From: a virus
Taxonomy: Duplodnaviria; Caudoviricetes
Strand: one strand, 5' to 3'
DNA: 64,000 nucleotides
IMG/VR virus record: IMGVR_UViG_642918906_000001
Location: 96,001 to 160,000 of that record
Shown here in pieces: positions 28,094 through 37,020 of this stretch. Position numbers and translations under genes: made by a program. Each line of letters starts with the position of its first letter. Within the stretch, counting starts at the first letter, position 1. Under the pieces are notes generated by a model. The model made no database searches. It was not told the DNA's origin and saw only the letters and a list, made by a program, of their open reading frames with translations.

Positions 28094-28451
28094 ACTCTAC
28101 GGTCGTTGGCTGGCAAATCAAATCGAGAAAGTGCTTCATTCAGGTGACTACAATTACCTGCGTCCGTACATGTGCCACGCTGTTCGAAAGGTTCTGCCTT
28201 TCCCAGTATGTTTATTGGTGAACGCGCACATCACACGTGTCCTTGCCAGTAATGACACACTACACGGACATATCGCCATGAGATTCCCTGACTTCTTCCG
28301 CTGGGATTGGGCGCAACGAGAACCAGTGCATCGGCAGTTCTGGATCTACATGTGCGATGCTTTGCGTCAAGGTCATTTCGACTATGGTAAGATCCCCAAC
28401 CTCTATGACCTACGTTTGGTCGGAGCTGACCGGATCGATATTACGGTCTAA
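28083..28451 (+). CDS. Hypothetical protein
   Basis: 122 aa; SD GAGGA. Confidence 0.6.
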   Translation: MLRKLYGRWLANQIEKVLHSGDYNYLRPYMCHAVRKVLPFPVCLLVNAHITRVLASNDTLHGHIAMRFPDFFRWDWAQREPVHRQFWIYMCDALRQGHFDYGKIPNLYDLRLVGADRIDITV

Positions 28452-28467
28452 CTAAATAGGAGTTAAC

Positions 28468-28677
28468 ATGAAAGTTTATACTGGTCCATTTGGTCATTAC
28501 AACGCTGGTAGTGTCGGTGCTGTTCTGAACGCGCTGTGTGAACAAGAAGGTCGTTCCTGTGGTGTGGTTGGTAACTACGTCATCGGTAACGGTAAAGTAA
28601 TGCAGAACGGCTTGAACGAGCGGGTTGTTGCTACCTTTGTATGGGATGGCGATGATATCAAGTTCACCTGGCTGTAA
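28468..28677 (+). CDS. Hypothetical protein
   Basis: 69 aa; SD AGGAG. Confidence 0.7.
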   Translation: MKVYTGPFGHYNAGSVGAVLNALCEQEGRSCGVVGNYVIGNGKVMQNGLNERVVATFVWDGDDIKFTWL

Positions 28678-28691
28678 CGGCATAAAGGAGA

Positions 28692-28721
28692 AGCTCACTG
28701 GGGCACTACTCCCAGTGAGCT
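28692..28721. terminator. Hairpin, possible terminator
   Basis: AGCTCACTGGG-GCACTACT-CCCAGTGAGCT; no T run. Confidence 0.55.
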
Positions 28722-28874
28722 AACCGTCGTCTAGGATTAGTGGTCCTGTCCAACGGGTTGACTGCTTAACGTTCAATTCAATTGAATCCCCTCGTGGGAC
28801 CAATTTTCAATCCAGTCTTACAGTCTGGTACGATACAATCATTCACATATAATCTACGCAGGAGTAAACTTTTA

Positions 28875-29150
28875 ATGAATACCCCAGCATCAACCTGCTC
28901 CATTGGCGTTGTAACTCAAGAAGTCTATTCCGATTTCGATATGACTCGTGTACTGCGCGAGTTGAAAGAAGCGATGCGTAAGGGTAATCAATCACGCACG
29001 TTCCACCGCAATGACGATCCAGCGTCGGATAAAGCTGGTGAGTTGCATCCAATGCAGGCGGCCCGACTGGCATACAACGGCTGGACTGTCGAGCGTAGCT
29101 TCAGTGCCTATACCGTGAGTGGCTGGGCGATTCGCGATAAAGAAGAATGA
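28875..29150 (+). CDS. Hypothetical protein
   Basis: 91 aa from ATG 28875; SD AGGAG. Confidence 0.6.
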   Translation: MNTPASTCSIGVVTQEVYSDFDMTRVLRELKEAMRKGNQSRTFHRNDDPASDKAGELHPMQAARLAYNGWTVERSFSAYTVSGWAIRDKEE

Positions 29151-29195
29151 CATAAAGCCTCTCCTTCGGGAGAGGCCTATGTTGTTTATTTTTTT
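29150..29195. terminator. Bidirectional terminator between convergent genes
   Basis: CATAAA-GCCTCTCC-TTCG-GGAGAGGC-CTATG followed by a T run. Confidence 0.85.
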
Positions 29196-30339
29196 ACTTC
29201 TCTTGGCCCATACGGCTGAACATTTTCATGATACCGTAGGTTACCTCAGTAACGTGTTTAATAGTGTTAGCTGCAAGTTCCAATACTGGCGACGCAGCTT
29301 TCTCAATATTACCACGTTTGTCATCAGGTAACCCTTTGATGAACTTTGTCAGTTCGTCAACGTCTTTCTCAAGTTTGGCCATTACTGGACCGAGACCCTT
29401 AACCTTCTCGATTACTTGACCGAAGGTTTTAGTCGACTCAGGAATAACAGTCAGCTCGTCACCTTTACCGCCACGATAATTTTTGTTTACCAGTGCGTAG
29501 GCCAGATGGATAGGCCAGTCAGTGGAAGTCCACTCTTTCATCGGAGCGTCAACATCGATTTCTTCAAAGTAAGCACGACCGTCTTTTACTTTAACGGTGG
29601 TGTTGTTCATCAGCATGATATTCAAGAACTTAGACAGAGCTTTACCGTCTGCACCATTCTCAGCCATCTTGCGTACTTTACCCATACCTTCGGCGATCAA
29701 TGCCTCGAGATCCTTGATACCTTTAATCTCCATGTCGAACTGGGACATGTCCATGAGCTCATTACGCATATGGAATAACTGCCAGGCCTCTTTCTGGTTA
29801 ACCAGAACGATTCGATTTTTTGTATTATGCATGTTACTCTTAATGGCGTTCAACTTACCAAGAGCCTGTTTGTAATTGGACATCATGGTGCCAACCGATT
29901 CATCTACCCGATCAGCATAACCTTCCAGGCTACCAACTGCTGTGCTACGGATATGATCAGCGTGTTCACGGATAGCACGAGTGAACCGACGCACGCCACC
30001 TTTGGTATTTTTAAACTCTTCCATAGAGTGGCTATGTGGCCATCCACCGAGAGTAGATAGTTGAGTAAAGATACGTTTATACGATTCCAGTGCTGGTGCA
30101 GTGGTAATACCATCGGCATCTTCAGCCAATGCATCTAGTTGTTCAGCTACGTCTACGGAGTCAACGATCGGATCAAGAGATACATCCGGTGTATCAATAA
30201 CTTCAGTAATGGTGTTATCGATTACCTGGTCACCTTCAATGACACATTCTGGTGGGATAGTGTTCATGAACTCTTCGATTGCTACTTGTTCAGCGGTCTT
30301 ACCTGCTTTCGGTTTATACAGTGGGTTGGTCTTTGCCAT
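29194..30339 (-). CDS. Probable processed virion head protein
   Basis: 381 aa; AIE, ALE, SME, SLE sites in an acidic N-terminal third, as in the head cluster. Confidence 0.6.
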   Translation of the reverse strand: MAKTNPLYKPKAGKTAEQVAIEEFMNTIPPECVIEGDQVIDNTITEVIDTPDVSLDPIVDSVDVAEQLDALAEDADGITTAPALESYKRIFTQLSTLGGWPHSHSMEEFKNTKGGVRRFTRAIREHADHIRSTAVGSLEGYADRVDESVGTMMSNYKQALGKLNAIKSNMHNTKNRIVLVNQKEAWQLFHMRNELMDMSQFDMEIKGIKDLEALIAEGMGKVRKMAENGADGKALSKFLNIMLMNNTTVKVKDGRAYFEEIDVDAPMKEWTSTDWPIHLAYALVNKNYRGGKGDELTVIPESTKTFGQVIEKVKGLGPVMAKLEKDVDELTKFIKGLPDDKRGNIEKAASPVLELAANTIKHVTEVTYGIMKMFSRMGQEK

Positions 30340-30555
30340 TTCTAAGGTACCTTATAATCTTTAGTTATTTAGCCTGATCAGGGCTGGATATTACAACATA
30401 ACATTGAATTAAAATACTTGATATGCCAACACTGTGTATAAACCCCTACTAAAAGCATAGGATCGCCCGTAGGGCCTTTATTTCTTAATTAACAGATATT
30501 GCGATAGCAATACAACATTGCTTTACTAGCGTAAGCTTAACTACAGTAACGATAA

Positions 30556-30587
30556 GCCCTCTCACAACAGAGAGGGCATTTATGACG
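30556..30587. terminator. Hairpin with TTTATG flank
   Basis: GCCCTCTC-ACAACA-GAGAGGGC-ATTTATGACG. Confidence 0.6.
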
Positions 30588-30616
30588 TTAATTACAATGC
30601 TCTCTGCAAGAGGGAA

Positions 30617-30640
30617 TAAAGCCCTCCCCTAAGGGAGGAC
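30617..30640 (-). terminator. Terminator for minus-strand gene triplet
   Basis: TAAA-GCCCTCCC-CTAA-GGGAGGAC just past the 30645 stop. Confidence 0.65.
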
Positions 30641-30644
30641 TAGG

Positions 30645-31037
30645 TTATGAACTTACTTCATTGTAGTAATCACGTTTGATCGTATCAAAGTAAGGATCAC
30701 TAACATTCAACTCATGGTCCATGAACAAGGTAGAGTAATTACCTACATCTATTTGATCGTGACTCCAATCTGGATGTGACATACTTTTCTGAACAACCTC
30801 GATCAAAATGCTGTGCATCAAATAGAGTCTTTGCTTAGCTAGATTGAAAGAGTTATAAGTGGAGTAGTCTGTAGGACCCCACCCTTCGATTTCAGCGACG
30901 TATTCAGTAATAGCCGTCATTATACGGATAACGTTCTGTTCAGCCGCGTAAACGATTATGGAGTCACCCTGACGGTATTTGACTCGATGCTTAAGGGTCG
31001 CTATAACTTTTTCTGCAAAGTGGTCAACATTAGCCAT
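30645..31037 (-). CDS. Hypothetical protein, tandem paralog 3
   Basis: 130 aa; SD-like GAGGA; resembles two upstream ORFs. Confidence 0.65.
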   Translation of the reverse strand: MANVDHFAEKVIATLKHRVKYRQGDSIIVYAAEQNVIRIMTAITEYVAEIEGWGPTDYSTYNSFNLAKQRLYLMHSILIEVVQKSMSHPDWSHDQIDVGNYSTLFMDHELNVSDPYFDTIKRDYYNEVSS

Positions 31038-31041
31038 TAGG

Positions 31042-31392
31042 TTACTTCCTCTTTAAAGGTTTAGGGAAATCATGATCGATGAATATGCGATTGTATTGGG
31101 TTACACTACTAAGTGCCGTAAATCGATCTATAGCGTCTTGTACGACGTGGTTATCCACATCAATGCGAATGAACTGCCAACGCTTAGAAGTCTTAGTCAG
31201 TTCATTAAATTGTTTCTCATAGGACTGACCGTTACCGGCATTAGGATACATATACCCGAGTAACAGTTTAAACAGATCCTCACGGTTACCGGCATTTACC
31301 ATAACCAGTATCAGTAATCCATACTTAGCGCTGTTGTGTTCAGTAACGGCCTCGAATACCTTAGTGGCCAGTTTCTCAATATGCTTACGCAT
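31042..31392 (-). CDS. Hypothetical protein, tandem paralog 2
   Basis: Start MRKHIEKL with SD GAGGA; 116 aa. Confidence 0.65.
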   Translation of the reverse strand: MRKHIEKLATKVFEAVTEHNSAKYGLLILVMVNAGNREDLFKLLLGYMYPNAGNGQSYEKQFNELTKTSKRWQFIRIDVDNHVVQDAIDRFTALSSVTQYNRIFIDHDFPKPLKRK

Positions 31393-31714
31393 AAACCGAT
31401 TCCTCATAGTCAAAGATGATGGCACTCAAACCACCAACAGTTAGTAATAGATGATTAGATGGTTCAGGATACGGTGCGGGCTTCTGGAATATATCAACCT
31501 GATGACTAAATACTTCTTTAAGGAACCATTCGAGTCGTTCAAGGGTAGGGAATGGTACCTTGTAATATTCCGTAGCCTTAACCAAAAGACGATCTATAAC
31601 AGGTTTGAGATTCTGCCGTGCAGTATAAACATGAATCCATGCTTTCCGTTTCATTACGTCATGTAACCTAAGTTGTGAAAGAATGTCATCTACGATTTTA
31701 TCAATGTTGTCCAT
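31385..31714 (-). CDS. Hypothetical protein, tandem paralog 1
   Basis: Start MDNIDKIV with SD AGGTG; 109 aa. Confidence 0.6.
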   Translation of the reverse strand: MDNIDKIVDDILSQLRLHDVMKRKAWIHVYTARQNLKPVIDRLLVKATEYYKVPFPTLERLEWFLKEVFSHQVDIFQKPAPYPEPSNHLLLTVGGLSAIIFDYEESVYA

Positions 31715-31730
31715 AGTACACCTAAATAAA

Positions 31731-31752
31731 TGCCTCTCCTTTCGGAGAGGCA
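31731..31752 (-). terminator. Terminator after dnaB
   Basis: TGCCTCTCC-TTTC-GGAGAGGCA; TTTATTT follows on the minus strand. Confidence 0.75.
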
Positions 31753-31769
31753 ATATAACGTTTTCTTTT

Positions 31770-33302
31770 TTAGTCCCAAGCGTCATCACCATCGGAACCG
31801 ATATTGTTACCCGGAATAACTCGAATGCAATAGTCTTCTTCTTTATCGATGTCCCACGGCATAGTGCCAACTGGACTCATTGGGATGATGACATATTGAT
31901 CTTCTTCAGGTGTAAGGGTGTTACGGTGCTTACCACGTTGAATAGCAAAGTAGGCCTTACCCTTACGACGGATGATGTGATGGAACAGTTCAAGGTCAGG
32001 TTCTTGACCCAGACGACGGCAACCGTCATAGTAACCTTTGTTCGCCACAACCTGTACGAAGTCTTCTGTGTTCTCACGTTGCAGTTGCAGTGCATCAGAA
32101 CCCAACTGGTGTGGTGACAAGAAGGTAATGCCTCGTGGAGCAGTATAGTTACGCATGCGACGGAACAACAGTCGAATATCGTCACCAGCTACTTTAGCAT
32201 CCAACCCAGTCTTAGGCAGCATATTGAGATAGTCAACACAAAGGAACTGGAGTTCAAAGCCTTGTGCTTGCAGTCCATCAAGATAGTTGACAAAACCAGC
32301 TACTGTAAATTCAGTAGGGTCAAATCGAACCATCTTAGCTTTAAAGCCATTCTCTTCCAAGCGAGAGCATACATAAGCAGCTGCATCACGTTTGTCTACA
32401 TCACGTCGAATAACAGGTTCACCTGTTTCGTTCTCTTTGAGGTAGCAGTACATATGCATCAAGTTGTCAGAGATCTCGTTCTCAAGTGTTACGAACAAAA
32501 CCAAAGGCTTCTTTGTGGAATCCCGCATAAAGGGTCTGTTGAAAATACAGACGTGTAGGAACACGAACATCGCAAAGTAGGATTTACCTTGGTGTTGTAG
32601 TGCAGCAGTAGTGATAAACTCACCACGGCGCAAAGCACCCAAAGGACCCAGTAGACGGTTAACGCCTTTCCAACCCAAACGGAATGCACCATCGGGCGAA
32701 AGAGTATCTTGTGCTTTCTGAAAGATATCCTCTACGGATTCAGGATCGTCAAAATCGATACTACCCATCTCAGCAGGGTGTTTAGATTCAGCACGAGCTT
32801 TTACATAAGGCTCAAGTTTAGCGCCCATTTCAGACACCATACTAACGATGTCCAGATTACCACGGTCTTGGAAGATCAGTTTTTGCGAATATTCTTTTAC
32901 AACAGTCTTAATAGTCACGTCATTAAGATAAACGTTCAGTGTACCACGGCGACTATTAATGGAACGCATGATAGCCATGCCATCAGGGAAGTTCTCTAGT
33001 ACACCTTGCTCAACCGAATCGTAAAGATAAACTTCTTCACGGCAACTAACACGAACCAGTTGCAATACTTCTTGCAACCCAGGGAAAGCATTCTTTGGCT
33101 TCTGATTAAGTTCATTAACCAGATTGCGCAATTCAAGAAAAGTCTGCCGACCAGAGTCATGGTCAGCGGTGGTTTCTTTTACATCTAAAGAAGATACAAC
33201 TTTATCAATCAGCTCCGTTGACGGTGATGCTGGGGAGTCTTCACGGTGCTCAAGGCACAACAATGTAACGCATTGAACTAATAGCTGTTTGGGAGAAGCC
33301 AT
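31770..33302 (-). CDS. dnaB: DnaB-like replicative helicase
   Basis: LRRGE...ALQHQGKS Walker A, TLEN, LCVDYL Walker B, PHQL, KHRN arginine finger; divergent from capsid operon as in phiKZ gp118. Confidence 0.9.
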   Translation of the reverse strand: MASPKQLLVQCVTLLCLEHREDSPASPSTELIDKVVSSLDVKETTADHDSGRQTFLELRNLVNELNQKPKNAFPGLQEVLQLVRVSCREEVYLYDSVEQGVLENFPDGMAIMRSINSRRGTLNVYLNDVTIKTVVKEYSQKLIFQDRGNLDIVSMVSEMGAKLEPYVKARAESKHPAEMGSIDFDDPESVEDIFQKAQDTLSPDGAFRLGWKGVNRLLGPLGALRRGEFITTAALQHQGKSYFAMFVFLHVCIFNRPFMRDSTKKPLVLFVTLENEISDNLMHMYCYLKENETGEPVIRRDVDKRDAAAYVCSRLEENGFKAKMVRFDPTEFTVAGFVNYLDGLQAQGFELQFLCVDYLNMLPKTGLDAKVAGDDIRLLFRRMRNYTAPRGITFLSPHQLGSDALQLQRENTEDFVQVVANKGYYDGCRRLGQEPDLELFHHIIRRKGKAYFAIQRGKHRNTLTPEEDQYVIIPMSPVGTMPWDIDKEEDYCIRVIPGNNIGSDGDDAWD

Positions 33303-33430
33303 TTCGAATCCTTGTAAAAATAGTGGAGTGTATCGTGTATCATTATTAATACAAGTATTAGTTTGTAATGTAAATATAGCAATATCAATATGTAGAACTT
33401 TAACCCCTTTAAACCAATAGGTTGTGTACT

Positions 33431-33973
33431 ATGGTCCAACTGCTAGTATTACCTGAAGCTGTGTACGATCAGTACAAAGTAGACGGTGTCCAATTTAACA
33501 GATTGTTAGACACCAACTATATAGCTTGTCCTGACGTGAGTTCAGTCAATGATCTTGCACAGATTGACATTGCGTTGAATGAATTTCCCTTCGTGTTCTG
33601 CCCCGGTACTGGCATTGTCTTGGCCCACAGTCCACGAGTTGGCATTGCTATTGCATCGACTTCTGATGTCGAAAATAAGTTTATGATGCAAGATTTGCAT
33701 AATGCTTTAGAGGAACGCGTCGAAACGCTTTCGCTTCGCCTCGCTAACCAACCTAAGTTAGTAAGTGAATATTCCCTTTATCCTGTAGATGAGAATCTTT
33801 GGGTTGCGGTGCAGAAGAGTCTGCCTATCACCAATAGCGATCCTGAACGGTTAACTTTAATCAGTAACCGTACCTTCTTTGATAGCTTGATCTATGAGTT
33901 GCTGAGAACCTGCAAATTAAGTCAGGTAGCATCAACGAATCTCTTCAACTATTATCTTATGTCTAAGGTCTAG
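33431..33973 (+). CDS. Conserved hypothetical protein upstream of the capsid gene
   Basis: 180 aa from ATG 33431. Confidence 0.65.
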   Translation: MVQLLVLPEAVYDQYKVDGVQFNRLLDTNYIACPDVSSVNDLAQIDIALNEFPFVFCPGTGIVLAHSPRVGIAIASTSDVENKFMMQDLHNALEERVETLSLRLANQPKLVSEYSLYPVDENLWVAVQKSLPITNSDPERLTLISNRTFFDSLIYELLRTCKLSQVASTNLFNYYLMSKV

Positions 33974-34049
33974 TTCCGGTGAAAAATAGATCTTTCACAT
34001 TTAGATACTTGTTTAAAACCAAAACCCATCCTGCGTAGGAAATTAATTA

Positions 34050-36290
34050 ATGAAACATCTTAAATCTCTGAAGTCTGTATTTAAAGCTACTACTGACGCC
34101 CATCAAACTTTCTCGATGGAAGGTTTTGTAAGCGCCATGAAGAAAGAAGACGATCTGGCAGACGGTCTGTTCCAATCGGCTGAACGCGCTGCTGGTCTGA
34201 TCGACTCGATCGGTACTGAATCTTTCGGTTCTAAGCATGATGATGCACAAACTGCATCCAGCCTGTACAAGCAAATCTCGAAGATTGCTCGTGACTATGG
34301 TTTTGAACAATACCTGTCGGCTGACGAACGTGTTGCCGAAAACCAACTGACCGCTGCTGTTCTGGGTTCCCTGGCTGCAACCAACACCAGCAAATACATC
34401 AAAGCTCTGCGCGGTGTATCGAAAATCGTTCCGTCGACCGAAGACATCAAAACCATCACCCAGACCTATAGTGGTCCTGCTGGCGGTATGGATGTATTCA
34501 CTGGCGAAGAAACCAAAGCTGTAGCTCTGGAAAACTACAACGAAAAATCGCAACGTGACTTCCGCGTTGTTACCGTTGGTTATAACCTGGCTGCTTCCCG
34601 TCAGGACGAGTTCGCTGAACGTATCTACCCAACCACCGTTATCAACCCTATCGAGGGTGGTGTGGTTCAGGTTCTGCCATACATCGCTGTAATGAAGGAC
34701 GTTCACCACTCCGTGAACGGTGCTCGTTGGAAGAACGACGAAGTGAACATGGTTGAAGCATACCGTGATCCGTCGATCCTCGACGACAACGCTACCGACC
34801 TGATCCCAGCTATCGATCCAGCCGGTACCAACCTGCATTACTTCGCTGACCCAGCTCTGATCCCAGCTGAGACTGTTGTTAACGAACAAAACCTGTCGAT
34901 CGAAACCGCTCCTCTGAAGCCTGGTATTCGTCTGGACCTGATGGGTAACTCCAACGCTAACCTGCTGATTGCAGCTAACATGCTGGACGTTTCCGACACC
35001 ATCGACCCTGCTGGTCGTCTGAAAGCTCTGTACATCAAGTTCCAGGATAAAGTGATCAAGTTCAAAGTAGACCGCATGCCACGCGCTGTGTTCCAACCAG
35101 ACCTGATCGGTGATACCCGTGGTGCCAAAGTTGACTTCTGGACCGACGACCTGACTGTAAGCTCCGTAACTCGTACTATCGACGGCGTACAAACCGCTGC
35201 CATGTCCGAACTGGAAGCTCGTGGCTGGGTACTGCGTCTGAGCGTAGACTTCACTGGTAACATCTCCACTTCGAAAGGTGATTCCCGCTTCACCAATGGC
35301 GACGCTACTATTGCCAAGATCCTGAACGCTGACCGTCGCGAAATCGACATCACCGCAGGCGATGGTAAAGTACTGGCTGATACCATTACCGATCTGGAAA
35401 TCGTTGGTTTCGAACTGCAAGTTCGCTTCACTAACACTAACCGTCGTCAGCGCGGTCACCTGCTGCAAACTCGTGCTCTGCAATTCCGTCACCCAATCCC
35501 AATGCACGCTCCAGTGACTCTGCCACTGAGCACCATGGAAGATGAAGGTCCAGGTGAAGTTGTTAAAGCTCTGACTGTTAACACCAACATCCGTAACAGC
35601 AACAACGCTGTTAAGACTCTGTTGAACTACCTGGCTCAACTGCGTGAGCTGACCGGTAACGGCTTCAACCGTCCAGTCATCAACGTGTACGAAGGTGCTC
35701 TGGCCGCTGTAATGCGTCCTACCTACCACTACGACACCATGCATCTGCCAGACATGATCGACACCCTGAAGTCGAAAGACCGTTGGGACGACGTCTGCTC
35801 GGCCATCCTGAACAAAGTTAAAGGTATCCTGTTCCCAGCATACCGTAACTCGAACATCGAAGCTGCCTTCCGAGTAATCTCGGGTAACCAAGACGAGCGT
35901 CCGATCTTCCTGTTCTGCACCGACAAAGAAATCGCCAACTACCTGATGACTAAAGGCGACGACCGCACCCTGGGTGCTTACCTGGAATACGACATCGTAT
36001 CCACTAACAACGAACTGTTCGACGGTAAGTTGGTAGTAGTACCTACTCGTAAGACTCCAGTTGAGAACGACATCCTGAGCTTCGGTCAGTTCTTCTACGT
36101 ATCGACCATCATCGCTGACCTGCCTATCACTCGTGGTGGTAATCAGATCACTCGCGAAATCGCAGCTGTTCCATTCAACCTGCACATCAACAACGTTCCA
36201 TTCGCTCTCGAATTCGACGTTACTGGTTTCGAACAGGTAATGGGCCACTCGATGTGGAACAAACCAGTTGTAGACGCCCTGGGCGCTTGA
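34050..36290 (+). CDS. Major capsid protein (phiKZ gp120-like)
   Basis: 746 aa; strongest codon bias in the window; propeptide ending VALE/NYNEK; SRQDEFAE and RTNxNRRQRG-type conserved segments; synteny. Confidence 0.92.
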   Translation: MKHLKSLKSVFKATTDAHQTFSMEGFVSAMKKEDDLADGLFQSAERAAGLIDSIGTESFGSKHDDAQTASSLYKQISKIARDYGFEQYLSADERVAENQLTAAVLGSLAATNTSKYIKALRGVSKIVPSTEDIKTITQTYSGPAGGMDVFTGEETKAVALENYNEKSQRDFRVVTVGYNLAASRQDEFAERIYPTTVINPIEGGVVQVLPYIAVMKDVHHSVNGARWKNDEVNMVEAYRDPSILDDNATDLIPAIDPAGTNLHYFADPALIPAETVVNEQNLSIETAPLKPGIRLDLMGNSNANLLIAANMLDVSDTIDPAGRLKALYIKFQDKVIKFKVDRMPRAVFQPDLIGDTRGAKVDFWTDDLTVSSVTRTIDGVQTAAMSELEARGWVLRLSVDFTGNISTSKGDSRFTNGDATIAKILNADRREIDITAGDGKVLADTITDLEIVGFELQVRFTNTNRRQRGHLLQTRALQFRHPIPMHAPVTLPLSTMEDEGPGEVVKALTVNTNIRNSNNAVKTLLNYLAQLRELTGNGFNRPVINVYEGALAAVMRPTYHYDTMHLPDMIDTLKSKDRWDDVCSAILNKVKGILFPAYRNSNIEAAFRVISGNQDERPIFLFCTDKEIANYLMTKGDDRTLGAYLEYDIVSTNNELFDGKLVVVPTRKTPVENDILSFGQFFYVSTIIADLPITRGGNQITREIAAVPFNLHINNVPFALEFDVTGFEQVMGHSMWNKPVVDALGA

Positions 36291-36391
36291 ACTGGAAAGG
36301 GTGGATTCCGTTACATGGAAGATGGTACTACTGTCAGATATGAAGAAAGCGGGATTGCCCGCCGACTAGAGCGGTGACACTAGATCATACG

Positions 36392-36420
36392 GCCAGTCCT
36401 TCGGGACTGGCTTTATGTTG
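36392..36420 (+). terminator. Capsid-gene terminator
   Basis: GCCAGTCC-TTCG-GGACTGGC-TTTATGTTG, about 100 nt past the capsid stop. Confidence 0.85.
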
Positions 36421-36501
36421 TCTTATGGGGTAATACAAAATATTTGAGATTTATATCATTCATTTGATCTTAATATTAATCCTTAACCAAAGGACCCGAT
36501 T

Positions 36502-37020
36502 ATGAGCTTCTTAGCGAACTATTGGAAAGCCGTTGAACGAGCTGTATCTGAGACGGGAATGAATCCAGGGGATATCGTAATCGACATCACCACTGTTAGT
36601 AAAAATACTGACGTGCCTGATGTTGTAGAGTCCTTTGTTAATGATGTAACACAACCCCAACCTGAGCCGGCGCAAGCTGGTAATATGCCCCAACCCAAAA
36701 CTGACTTTGAGGCTAGGGAATCCCTGGCTAGGAGGTCGGCTAGACCAAGCCAAGGAATCGAAGAACTGGAAGAAAACTACGATACCAAAGCTACCACCAA
36801 CAAAACCCGCGTCAAACGAGATGTACGAGTACGTATGGACGAAAGAGATTCCGGGATCACCGTCAGTCCTAATCCGACGAAAGAAGAAAGACGCAAAACG
36901 CGTAAGGCGGAAAACAAGCGTTTAAAGAAACTCGGTGGAGGTAGAAAAGTGAGGTTGATTATTGACGAGGTACGTTTGAATGACAGAACTATATGGTCGC
37001 CACCCGGCGTTGACCGATGA
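36502..37020 (+). CDS. Hypothetical protein with basic C-terminus
   Basis: 172 aa; SD AAGGA; K/R-rich tail. Confidence 0.6.
   Translation: MSFLANYWKAVERAVSETGMNPGDIVIDITTVSKNTDVPDVVESFVNDVTQPQPEPAQAGNMPQPKTDFEARESLARRSARPSQGIEELEENYDTKATTNKTRVKRDVRVRMDERDSGITVSPNPTKEERRKTRKAENKRLKKLGGGRKVRLIIDEVRLNDRTIWSPPGVDR

Noticed and set aside
28825-28853. TATAAT as a possible sigma70 promoter
   Set aside because: No credible -35 hexamer at 16-18 nt spacing.
34047-36248. 733-aa antisense ORF opposite the capsid gene
   Set aside because: Codon-aligned shadow of a strongly biased gene; no SD and no recognisable motifs.
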